IMG/VR virus record: IMGVR_UViG_3300037961_002553
Location: 4,572 to 68,571 of that record
Reading direction: 5' to 3' (one strand)
Length of the DNA: 64,000 bases
Source of the DNA: a virus
Taxonomy: Duplodnaviria; Caudoviricetes
This document shows positions 17,258 through 25,945 of this stretch, in pieces (positions within the stretch are counted from its first letter, which is position 1; each line of letters opens with the position of its first letter). The notes under the pieces were generated by a model that searched no databases, was not told the origin of the DNA, and saw nothing but the letters and a program-made list of their open reading frames with translations. A program made the position numbers and the translations under genes.

Positions 17258-17388
17258 GAGAAGCAACAAACAAATAGCCACACGCTGTCGTGTATGTGGC
17301 GGCAACCTTATGGTTGCCCATGAAATCAAGAACGAAATTCATGACAAATGTGATAATGATGATAAAAATGTATATATGATGTGATACA

Positions 17389-18546
17389 ATGAAACTAAGA
17401 ATTAAAAAACCAGATGATAGTAATGATTATTTTGAAACGAACATTACTTGTGCTACCTATAATTTTAGAGAAGTTATGACGGTTAGTTATCTGCGAAGTG
17501 CTAAAGACCCAATTCAAGCAGGATTGGAAGCCTTTTGGAAAGATATTATTTCTCCTAGAAAATCAAGGAGAACCTATTATAATGGCTTTGGATATAACTT
17601 TCATCATATTGTTTTTATTGAAGGTTGTCCTATCGTTCTTTCAAGAGAAGGCATTCGTTATCAACTGAATGGTAAATCATACAGCCTTGCGACTATTTGT
17701 TCTGCTTTAGCAAGAATTACTTACAAATCATGTTTTGAGAAGAAGCCAGACGCTTTATTGTCTGCTTTGTATGCTACACTTAATTTACCAGAGAATGTCA
17801 AATATTGTATTGAAAATCGTGCGCCATTTCATTTCTTCCAAGACTTTGAGAAGCAAGATGTTCGTTTGAATGTCGTTCAAATTGATGATAAGATGCTCGC
17901 TATGGAAATCAGCGATGGTGTTTGGGGTGAAATAACTCCGAAGCAACTTGACTCTTACTGTAATTTCTATGTTCATGGTAAGCGAAGAGGCTCATGGAAG
18001 TATCTTTCTCCTAAATCCCTATATACTAGGTTGATGGGTCGTGAACCAACGGAGGCTGAATTGAAAGTGATGGTCGCCTTTTTGATGCAGAACAGAATGC
18101 AAGACATTGTGGATGCAAGAGCATTAGAATTAGTGGCTGATATGTTGGTTCAACACAAAGGCCGACTATCTGCTGAATATGACAATGATGGGGTTCTAAC
18201 AAATCTCTTCGTTAGAGGTAAAGATTATGATTGGCAATTGACAAATAATCGCTATAAGTCTGGTATTCAAATGGTTTCAACCTATGTCTGGCAACCAGTC
18301 TTAGAAGTCATTAGAGATGAAGATGATGTTAAAATCATCAAGGAAAAGAAAATGTCCGAACCAGATTGGCGTGGCCCAATTTGTATTGATAATATGGCTG
18401 ATGGCTCTCCATTAGGCGACCAATTCGCCGCAAGAGCGTTAGCCCTTCTTAACGACTCCTTTACAATAACAATAGTGAATACGATTAAGCGGTATCTTGC
18501 CGCCGAACCAAATGAATATAGGATTGATAATGATGATTTGCGATGA
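17389..18546 (+). CDS. putative E2-like (UBC-fold) conjugating protein with a large N-terminal domain
   Basis: C-terminal GPICIDNMADGSP...ALALLND resembles the E2 pattern G.ICLDIL...WSP...LL.D. Confidence 0.5.
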   Translation: MKLRIKKPDDSNDYFETNITCATYNFREVMTVSYLRSAKDPIQAGLEAFWKDIISPRKSRRTYYNGFGYNFHHIVFIEGCPIVLSREGIRYQLNGKSYSLATICSALARITYKSCFEKKPDALLSALYATLNLPENVKYCIENRAPFHFFQDFEKQDVRLNVVQIDDKMLAMEISDGVWGEITPKQLDSYCNFYVHGKRRGSWKYLSPKSLYTRLMGREPTEAELKVMVAFLMQNRMQDIVDARALELVADMLVQHKGRLSAEYDNDGVLTNLFVRGKDYDWQLTNNRYKSGIQMVSTYVWQPVLEVIRDEDDVKIIKEKKMSEPDWRGPICIDNMADGSPLGDQFAARALALLNDSFTITIVNTIKRYLAAEPNEYRIDNDDLR

Positions 18547-19390
18547 ATGTGGTAGCAACAATAACTCATTTGATGAGATACAAGGCGAAAGAATTTGTAA
18601 TGACTGTGGGCTTATCTTAGTCCAAGAGATGTTTGAAGAAACCGTTCACATTTTAGATACGGGCGGGAACCTCAAACATTCTGCTGATAAAGGCAGATTA
18701 GGTTCTGTTATTACAGGTAAAGGTTCTTACAAGTTTAATAAGTTCGGTAAGAATAGCGTAATTCCTCAGCATATTCAAAATGCTCTAATGCATTGTAATA
18801 TGATTTTGGCTCATGTTGCTCCTAATTTGGGATTGAATGAGCGTGTTGAGAAACTGTATCTTGATTTACATAGTAAGGGCGTATTCGGAAGAAGTCAAAT
18901 TGAAGCAAGAGCAACAGCAGTTGTCTTTTATGCTTTGAGAGAGAATGGAACGCCACATACCTTTGCAGAAGTTTCTGCTGAATTTGATGCTAACTTAAAA
19001 TCAGTTAAGAGATTAGTTAGAAAGATTAACCAAGTCTTTAGAAACAAAGCAGGTTATAGTCCTGTTAATCCACAGTATCTTTTAGAGAAAACTCTCAATG
19101 ATATTACCGATGATTTGGTGTTTAGGAGACAAACTATCAAGGTGTTGGAGTTCTTTGAAACAAAGGTAGCGCAAAATACCTTCAACAAGGGAAGGTCATA
19201 TTATGCTTCTATTATTTGGATTTCAGCAAACATGAATGTGAACACATTGATAACTCAAAATCTAATCACAAAGAAAACGGGGTTCTCTCGTTTCAATATT
19301 AGACGACAAACAAAAGCAATTCTATCTATGATTGGTTTAGAACTAGCCAGTCAAGTAAAAGGAAAACAATTAAGCGAACTAGGTGAATAA
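18530..19390 (+). CDS. tfb: transcription initiation factor TFB (TFIIB family)
   Basis: CDECGS...D..QGERICNDCGLI zinc ribbon; GRS...ATAVVFYALR and GRS..ASIIWI cyclin repeats. Confidence 0.88.
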   Translation: MMICDECGSNNNSFDEIQGERICNDCGLILVQEMFEETVHILDTGGNLKHSADKGRLGSVITGKGSYKFNKFGKNSVIPQHIQNALMHCNMILAHVAPNLGLNERVEKLYLDLHSKGVFGRSQIEARATAVVFYALRENGTPHTFAEVSAEFDANLKSVKRLVRKINQVFRNKAGYSPVNPQYLLEKTLNDITDDLVFRRQTIKVLEFFETKVAQNTFNKGRSYYASIIWISANMNVNTLITQNLITKKTGFSRFNIRRQTKAILSMIGLELASQVKGKQLSELGE

Positions 19391-19715
19391 TATGTTTGAA
19401 AAGGAATGGAATAAAATAGCAAAGAAAGTATATAAGAACGCAGTTAATCATGGGTTTTGGAAAGAAACCCCGAATGATGGTGAACGCATGGCTTTGATTC
19501 ATGCTGAAATTAGTGAAGCACTTGAGGCTTTGCGTGATGGAAACCCGTCATCTTCAAAGATTATTGAGTTCAGTAATCTTGAAGAAGAATTAGCCGATGC
19601 AGTAATTCGTATTATGGATTATGCTTTCGGCAAAGATTTAGATATTGCAGGAGCAATTCTAGCAAAAATGGAATATAATGAAAGCCGTGAATTCATGCAT
19701 GGTAAAACATTTTAA
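19383..19715 (+). CDS. MazG-like NTP pyrophosphohydrolase
   Basis: EISEALEA...EEELADAVIR...KMEYNESR. Confidence 0.85.
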   Translation: MNNMFEKEWNKIAKKVYKNAVNHGFWKETPNDGERMALIHAEISEALEALRDGNPSSSKIIEFSNLEEELADAVIRIMDYAFGKDLDIAGAILAKMEYNESREFMHGKTF

Positions 19716-19727
19716 GGAGGAATAAAT

Positions 19728-20285
19728 ATGAGAAAAGTATTAGTAATTGGAGCAGGCGGAATTGGAAGTTTTCTAATTCCTACATTAGATAAAGTTGGTC
19801 TTTACCGCATTCATGTGGCTGACCCCGATGGTGTAGAAACAAAGAATCTACCTTATCAAAACTTTAAGAAAGGCCATGTTGGGCAGAATAAGGCTCAAGT
19901 AATGATGGATTCCTACGAATCTGTTAGTTCTTTCAGTAAATACCCAATTTTAACGGCAAAACAAATGGAGGGCTATGACCTTGTGATTTGTTGCGTTGAT
20001 AACTTGGGCGTGAGGCGAACCTTATACAACACAACCCTTAAATGGCTTGACTTACGAGCGCAAGGCAGAAATGCCGCCCTTGTGTCGCATAAGGCCGACC
20101 CGAAGATGTATGATATGCTCTTAGCAGGTGAAGAAGGTTCATTCAGTTGTCAAGGGGATTCTTGGGATGGAACAAATAGTAATGTTCATTTTATGCAGGT
20201 CGCAATTGCAGGATTAGGCGCACAATGGATTCAAAGATACTTCAATGATGAAGAAGTGAGAGATTATATGGTGGTGAATGTATGA
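19728..20285 (+). CDS. ThiF/MoeB family E1-like adenylyltransferase
   Basis: VIGAGGIGS, DPDGVETKNLPYQ, GQNKA, DLVICCVDN...R; candidate catalytic Cys in FSCQ. Confidence 0.9.
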   Translation: MRKVLVIGAGGIGSFLIPTLDKVGLYRIHVADPDGVETKNLPYQNFKKGHVGQNKAQVMMDSYESVSSFSKYPILTAKQMEGYDLVICCVDNLGVRRTLYNTTLKWLDLRAQGRNAALVSHKADPKMYDMLLAGEEGSFSCQGDSWDGTNSNVHFMQVAIAGLGAQWIQRYFNDEEVRDYMVVNV

Positions 20286-21325
20286 GCAAAAAAAGAAATT
20301 TTTGGACGGATGAACAGTTAGCGTTCCTTGTTGTTTGCAGAACGAAGAAGCAATCATGGGAGCAGATTGCTAACTCTATGCAAGAGAAGTTCGGCTTTTG
20401 GAGAAGTCCCGCTAACATTGGCTCAAAATACCGTAGTCTATTTGATGGCGACCATGCCAAAGAATATACGCCCCAACAATCAAAATTCATTATTGATTGC
20501 TATTTGAATCACTTCCAGACAAAAGTGATTCTTGATGGTTATTTTGAACAGTTTGGTCAAAACATCAAGGAATCAGATATTGATGATGTCGTCAAAAAGC
20601 ATCTAGCGACAGAAAAGAAAGTAGATGCTGAAATCAAAACAATAAAAACAAAAATTAAGGAGAGAAAAAATATGAAGAGAAACGCATGGACAAAAGAAGA
20701 AGATGAGCAATTGCTTGCTTGTGGTTCTTGGAAAGAAGCGATGGAATTGCAGAATGGTCGTTCAAGGACGGCTAAGAACAACCGTTGGGCTTTGCTACAA
20801 AAGCGAAGAAAAGAACAAAAGAAAGGCGCAAAGCGTGGACGAATGACAAAGGCTGAATTAGAAATGATTCGCAATTGTAAAACTGTTGAAGAAGCATTGG
20901 CATTGAATTTGCGAAAGCCCGAAACAATTATTCGGCAATTTACTACTTTCAATTCAAAGAAGAAAGAAGTTGTGCTTGCTGTTGAGCCTAAGCCAAAGAA
21001 GGAGCGTAAGCAATATGCCCCTCGTTGGACGAAAGAAGAGGATTATGACCTAATCTTGAACTTTTACGAACTTTCAATTGACGAAGCCCGAAACCGATTT
21101 AATCGGTCATACGGGGCTATCGCAACCCGCTTAGAAAAGTTGGTTGATAGCACAAAGCCTGAGCATATCTCTATGCTTATGGAGGCTTCTAAGGAAATCA
21201 AGAGTCGCAAGAAGGCACAGAACCCAACGCCCAAAAAGAGCCGCAGAACGCTACGGAAGGAGCGAAAGAAGGCTAAGAAAGAGGCTAAGTTGAAGGCCAA
21301 GTTGCAGAAAATCCGAGGTGAATAA
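20282..21325 (+). CDS. multi-repeat Myb/SANT-like helix-turn-helix protein with Lys-rich tail
   Basis: Repeats WTDEQL, YTPQQS, WTKEEDEQL, MTKAEL, WTKEEDYDL, several followed by RS/RT-type HTH helices. Confidence 0.7.
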   Translation: MSKKRNFWTDEQLAFLVVCRTKKQSWEQIANSMQEKFGFWRSPANIGSKYRSLFDGDHAKEYTPQQSKFIIDCYLNHFQTKVILDGYFEQFGQNIKESDIDDVVKKHLATEKKVDAEIKTIKTKIKERKNMKRNAWTKEEDEQLLACGSWKEAMELQNGRSRTAKNNRWALLQKRRKEQKKGAKRGRMTKAELEMIRNCKTVEEALALNLRKPETIIRQFTTFNSKKKEVVLAVEPKPKKERKQYAPRWTKEEDYDLILNFYELSIDEARNRFNRSYGAIATRLEKLVDSTKPEHISMLMEASKEIKSRKKAQNPTPKKSRRTLRKERKKAKKEAKLKAKLQKIRGE

Positions 21326-21327
21326 AC

Positions 21328-21912
21328 ATGGGAAGAATTAAAGATAAAATGATTAAAGACGGTGATGACGACGATGATGATGGTTATGACCATTATGAGA
21401 TTGAACAAGCAGAATTGGAGTATTTTCGTCAAAAAGCAATTGATGACATTAAGGCTCACTATGAGATTCTTTTGAACGAACAGTTGCGTTCTTGCGTTGG
21501 CCCAAGAGAAAAACTAGAAGGTGTTGCTATGCATTCTTTAGCATTTCATGACACTATTTGGCAAGCATCTACGGAAACTCTTCCTAATCTTGAAGTGCAG
21601 GTTGTAATTGATGGAAAGAACAATTGTTTCGTTTCAACGGGAAGTCCGGGTTTTGTTGATTTCTTTGAGCCTCCAATTGGTATGACTCTTCCTATTCGTT
21701 GTTGGATTCATACTCATCCATTTGGTGCTGCTTATTTTAGTGGAACTGATATTCGGACTGTTTCTATCTGGGAACCAAATATGGAATGTGCATATGTTCT
21801 TGGTGGAACTGGGCATTATGGTTTTTGGGAGAGTCGCTTTGAACCTAAGCAATTAGGAATCTATGTGAACAATGAAGAACATGAAATCCAAACATGGGGT
21901 GAAGAAGAATGA
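21328..21912 (+). CDS. JAB/MPN+ metalloprotease (deubiquitinase-like)
   Basis: Upstream E (LEVQ) and WIHTHPFGAAYFSGTD = HxH-x7-S-x2-D JAMM motif. Confidence 0.88.
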   Translation: MGRIKDKMIKDGDDDDDDGYDHYEIEQAELEYFRQKAIDDIKAHYEILLNEQLRSCVGPREKLEGVAMHSLAFHDTIWQASTETLPNLEVQVVIDGKNNCFVSTGSPGFVDFFEPPIGMTLPIRCWIHTHPFGAAYFSGTDIRTVSIWEPNMECAYVLGGTGHYGFWESRFEPKQLGIYVNNEEHEIQTWGEEE

Positions 21913-22196
21913 GTAAGAGAATTAAAAGCGGTTTAAGCACCGCCGCAAAATATCCAGATAGACCGATGAGAGAAGCCGAAAAAATTTCTTTGAAGAAAAG
22001 AGCCGAGCGACACACAAATGCTCATCCTAATGATAAGAACACGCTAAAGGAAAACAAAGGTGTTCAATGGGCAAAGTCAAGAAAGACTGAGCGAGATAAG
22101 AAATTGAAGCAGTTTTACAAAACTCATGTTTATACTTGGGTTTCCGAAAACCGCCGAGCATGGGTCGCTATTCCTCCAATGGAGGAAGAAGAATGA
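21909..22196 (+). CDS. basic hypothetical protein
   Basis: Coupled ORF. Confidence 0.6.
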   Translation: MSKRIKSGLSTAAKYPDRPMREAEKISLKKRAERHTNAHPNDKNTLKENKGVQWAKSRKTERDKKLKQFYKTHVYTWVSENRRAWVAIPPMEEEE

Positions 22197-22411
22197 AGGC
22201 TTTGGGCAATTATGCAGTAATTAAACTGGAAAATTCAGTATCTGCATCAGGTATTCAGGTTAAAATTGATAGCACAGGTATTGTGCATTCTTGTCCCTCA
22301 ATGCCCGAAGTGGAAGGTAAATTGGTTCTATTTGACGATAGACACCGTTTCGTGACTCACGAAGATATGATAGTTGTTTCTGTTGAACATTTATTGGGAG
22401 TGATTGAATGA
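22193..22411 (+). CDS. groES: GroES-like co-chaperonin
   Basis: MKALGNYAVIK...SASGI...LLGVIE, directly upstream of groEL. Confidence 0.75.
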   Translation: MKALGNYAVIKLENSVSASGIQVKIDSTGIVHSCPSMPEVEGKLVLFDDRHRFVTHEDMIVVSVEHLLGVIE

Positions 22412-23931
22412 TTTTGAATGGAGAAGAAGTAAAACAAAAGTTGCTACAAGGCATTAACTTGGTTGCTGATACAGTTAAACCAACATTAGGGCCACAAGCA
22501 AAAACTGTGATTTTACAGGGTAATCCTCCTGTTGTGATTAACGACGGAGTGACGATTACAAAATATATTTCCCATGACGACCCTTATGTTCAAATGGGAG
22601 TTCAATTAGTTCAAAATCTAGCAAGTAAAGCCCAAGAAGGTTCAGGCGACGGAACCACTACTGCTTGCATTCTTGCACAGGCTTTTTGTAATGAATTAAT
22701 GAAGAATGAAGAACACATGACTACACATGACTTTAATCTTCTAATGGAATCTCTTCGTGAGCAAACCATTAGTTTCTTAGATAGTATCTCTATGACTGTT
22801 GATGATATGGATATTTTCAATGTTGCTACGATTGCCGCAAACAACGATGCTTCTTTGGGTTCTTTAATCAAAGAAGCATTTAATACGGTTGGTCGTGATG
22901 GTGTGATTACTGTTGAAGAATCTAATGATTATCAAACTCAATTGATTCTTCGTGAAGGTATGGAAATCCAAGAAGGTTATTTGAGCCATCTTATGTGCAA
23001 TACGGAAAGTGGAAAGGTAGAGTTTAATAACCCTGTTGTTTTCATGTCAAATATGAGCCTCCGTCATTTCAAGGACATTATGCCTCTGCTTGAATATTCA
23101 GCGAGTCAAAGCCGACCTCTTTTGATTATGTGCAAAGGTATGGATGGTTCAGCACTTAACAATTTGATTATGAATCTAATCAATAAGACTGTTGAATGTG
23201 CAGTAGTTATGGCTCCTAATTTCGGAGATGCTCAAATTGATGAGTTGTCGGATATTCAGTCTTTAATTGGTGGTAAAGTCTTTGTTGAAGAAAGCAAGGA
23301 CGATTCTAAACTCTTTACTGAAACTGATTTGGGAACCTGTTCTAAAGTCATTATCACAAAAGAAACCACGACCTTTATTGGCGGAGAAGGCAATACCGAA
23401 GATAGAATCAAAGCCCTGAAAGAACAGGCACTTGATTTGAAAGGGCATGACTTGGCTCGGATTAAATCAAGAGTAGCCCGCCTCAAGGGTGGAATTGCTA
23501 CTATCAAGGTTGGTGCTTCTTCATCAATTGAAATGCGAGAAAAGAAAGAACGACTTGATGATGCACTTCACGCAACAAAAGCCGCCTTAGAAGAAGGTAT
23601 TGTTGTTGGTGGTGGTGTTCCATTTATTCGTCTTGCTTATGCCATTGAAGCACCCGAATGGTTTAGAAAGTCTGTTGTAAAACCTTATCGTGTTTTGATG
23701 GATAACGCAAACTACACCGAACAAACAAGAGTTGTGGGTTTTGAAATTGAAAAGACAATTGATGGAACAAATCCTAACTGGGGATTCAATGCCGTTTCAT
23801 GTCAGCATGAAGATTTGTTTAAGGCGGGAGTCTTTGACCCTGTGAAGGTTTCTAAGAACAGTTTCTTAGCAGCATTGTCAATTGCTCAGTTGTTTTATTC
23901 AACAGATGTAGCAGTATTAGTGGAGGAATAA
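22408..23931 (+). CDS. groEL: group I chaperonin GroEL
   Basis: TLGP, NDGVTI, GDGTTTA, GRDGVITVEES, IKVGA...EKKERLDDALHATKAALEEGIVVGGG, DPVKV. Confidence 0.95.
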   Translation: MILNGEEVKQKLLQGINLVADTVKPTLGPQAKTVILQGNPPVVINDGVTITKYISHDDPYVQMGVQLVQNLASKAQEGSGDGTTTACILAQAFCNELMKNEEHMTTHDFNLLMESLREQTISFLDSISMTVDDMDIFNVATIAANNDASLGSLIKEAFNTVGRDGVITVEESNDYQTQLILREGMEIQEGYLSHLMCNTESGKVEFNNPVVFMSNMSLRHFKDIMPLLEYSASQSRPLLIMCKGMDGSALNNLIMNLINKTVECAVVMAPNFGDAQIDELSDIQSLIGGKVFVEESKDDSKLFTETDLGTCSKVIITKETTTFIGGEGNTEDRIKALKEQALDLKGHDLARIKSRVARLKGGIATIKVGASSSIEMREKKERLDDALHATKAALEEGIVVGGGVPFIRLAYAIEAPEWFRKSVVKPYRVLMDNANYTEQTRVVGFEIEKTIDGTNPNWGFNAVSCQHEDLFKAGVFDPVKVSKNSFLAALSIAQLFYSTDVAVLVEE

Positions 23932-24153
23932 ATATGGATAAAGAGATTGTAAGAATGACTACCGTTTATTCGGATGGGACTATGTGTATTCTCATTAAAG
24001 AAGATGATGGTCGTTTGAGAGTTGAATGGAGGGAACGCTGATGGAATGCCCTAATTGTAAAAGAAGCATTATGCCCTATTTTGGTGGGTATCATATGCGA
24101 AGATATGGTATGTGTCAAGATTGTTGGGAAGTAAAACTCAAGGAGACTAAGAA

Positions 24154-24552
24154 ATGAAAGAGAAAGCAATTACTGTTGTTTTACCTGCGCCACATAAGCA
24201 AAGGATAAAATGCCCTATCTGTGAAGGAAACAAATGTAAAGTCTGCAATATGTCTGGGGAACTAGGTATTAATGTAGCACCAAAAATTCCGATTCAAAGG
24301 GCGCATATCATCAAATATGTTGCTGAAAATATGCACGAAGTAGCAAAGGAAATTACTCGCAAATATGGTTTAGTGCCTGAAATTAATACGGCTGAAGTGA
24401 TAGAAGTAAATGGAGGACAATTTGAAGTTGTTCAGATTTCTAGTCTTGGCGGTGTTTGTTGGGTTGTGAATCGCTTGGATGATTTAGATACTCCAAGATA
24501 TTTTACATCAAAACAGGAACTTGACAAGTTTAAACAGGGGTGGATGAATTGA
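24154..24552 (+). CDS. zinc-finger protein
   Basis: CPICEGNKCKVCNMSG. Confidence 0.65.
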   Translation: MKEKAITVVLPAPHKQRIKCPICEGNKCKVCNMSGELGINVAPKIPIQRAHIIKYVAENMHEVAKEITRKYGLVPEINTAEVIEVNGGQFEVVQISSLGGVCWVVNRLDDLDTPRYFTSKQELDKFKQGWMN

Positions 24553-24761
24553 CAGATGAATTGGAAGTTAAAGGAACCATAGTCCGTAATGCTGAACTGG
24601 ACTGTAAAATAAAGCGTGGTGTCTATTGGAATATAGAGGTCGTGGATATTCGTTGGTATCGTAATGACAAACCAACGAATAAAGGCATTCGTTTGAATGT
24701 TGATGAAGCAAAATTGTTATTACAAATTTTAAGGAGAGAATTAGATGAAGAGAGTAAGTGA
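24549..24761 (+). CDS. PC4/YdbC-like ssDNA-binding protein or transcription coactivator
   Basis: VDIRWY...PTNKGIRL signature; start codon uncertain. Confidence 0.75.
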   Translation: MTDELEVKGTIVRNAELDCKIKRGVYWNIEVVDIRWYRNDKPTNKGIRLNVDEAKLLLQILRRELDEESK

Positions 24762-25008
24762 TGTTCAATCAAAGAAAAGCCTACGGGCGGCAAATGAAGA
24801 AAGACAATACGGACATAACGCTGTTCCTCGTTTTGGAACTTGTGCTGGAAAGATTATTGATTTGTTTGCCATTTATGTTGAAGAATGTATGACTGTTCCA
24901 CCTAAAGGCGGAAGAGGTTGTCGTGTTCAAAAAGAACACATTGATTTGTGTTTTGGTAAGTTTTATCAAGCGATGAGAGAATTTATGGATGGTGAAAAGA
25001 ATGAATAG
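24745..25008 (+). CDS. possible degenerate histone-fold protein
   Basis: Short helix, RQYGHNA, long helix, RVQKEHID: spacing resembles a histone fold. Confidence 0.4.
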   Translation: MKRVSDVQSKKSLRAANEERQYGHNAVPRFGTCAGKIIDLFAIYVEECMTVPPKGGRGCRVQKEHIDLCFGKFYQAMREFMDGEKNE

Positions 25009-25366
25009 ATATAATGAATTATTAGACTGGCTACAAAACGAACACAACGAAGTGTTTAATCAATGGGCGCAAATAGAAGAAGTAATGCGTCTTGAGGAAG
25101 AACAAAAATTAGCAGAAGAACATTCTAGAAATAATAGAATGTTTGATTACTGTATTTCTATGTATAAGAAAACATTTCCAAATACTTCACCAAGCATTTT
25201 AAATGCTATTGATATGATTAATGATTCAGTAGGTTTGGAATATTCATATAAAATGGACGCTATTCGTGCTTTGTTGCGTAATGATAGCGGAGTAATCTTT
25301 AGAGGTAGTGGTAATCTTTGGGGTAAATGGAAGCGTGAGTTTAAGGCATTGGAGGAAGAAGAATGA
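25001..25366 (+). CDS. hypothetical protein
   Basis: GGTGA SD. Confidence 0.6.
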   Translation: MNRYNELLDWLQNEHNEVFNQWAQIEEVMRLEEEQKLAEEHSRNNRMFDYCISMYKKTFPNTSPSILNAIDMINDSVGLEYSYKMDAIRALLRNDSGVIFRGSGNLWGKWKREFKALEEEE

Positions 25367-25716
25367 ATAAACTATATTTGATTACAACCAACAATAAGAA
25401 GTTTGATGCTTGGTCTAAGCAATTGAAGAAACAATTGAAGGGTATTGCTCTTGAGGCTTTTAGTGCAGGATATAATGAAGTGGTGAATGGAAATTATTTG
25501 GCAAGAGCCTCTTTTGTTTGCTACTGGGAAATTCATGCAAACGATTCCTTAGCAAGATTAGCACCAGCAATTACTCAAGCATCATTGATTCATATGTTGC
25601 ATAGATTCATGGATGCAGGAATGCACGAAGAAGTGAGGATTGTTGAGCAATTAATGATGAATTTCTTGCGACTCCTTCAAAGACTAGAAGGAGAGGAAAA
25701 CAATGAAGAAGAGTGA
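25363..25716 (+). CDS. hypothetical protein
   Basis: GGAGG SD, ATGA overlap. Confidence 0.65.
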   Translation: MNKLYLITTNNKKFDAWSKQLKKQLKGIALEAFSAGYNEVVNGNYLARASFVCYWEIHANDSLARLAPAITQASLIHMLHRFMDAGMHEEVRIVEQLMMNFLRLLQRLEGEENNEEE

Positions 25717-25945
25717 TTGGGTCTATCTAGCAAATGCTATGTGGACTTATTCGGAGAAGAATGAAGGAAGAATCAGTAGCCTTCTAAAACAACTGATTAG
25801 AGAAATAAATAACAATAAGGAGATGATTGAAAATGACATGGGAAAATATGAGCAGAATGCTACAAGCGACAGACCAATTGACACCGACTCAGCAGATAAG
25901 TCGGATTTCACGGGACTTGGAAACATTCACGACGGAGAAGAGTAA
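25703..25945 (+). CDS. hypothetical protein overlapping the ligase start
   Basis: GAGG SD. Confidence 0.45.
   Translation: MKKSDWVYLANAMWTYSEKNEGRISSLLKQLIREINNNKEMIENDMGKYEQNATSDRPIDTDSADKSDFTGLGNIHDGEE

Noticed and set aside
19728-20285. ThiF as a thiamine or molybdopterin auxiliary metabolic gene
   Set aside because: No thiG, moaE or thiolase partners in the window; JAB and E2-like neighbours favour protein conjugation.
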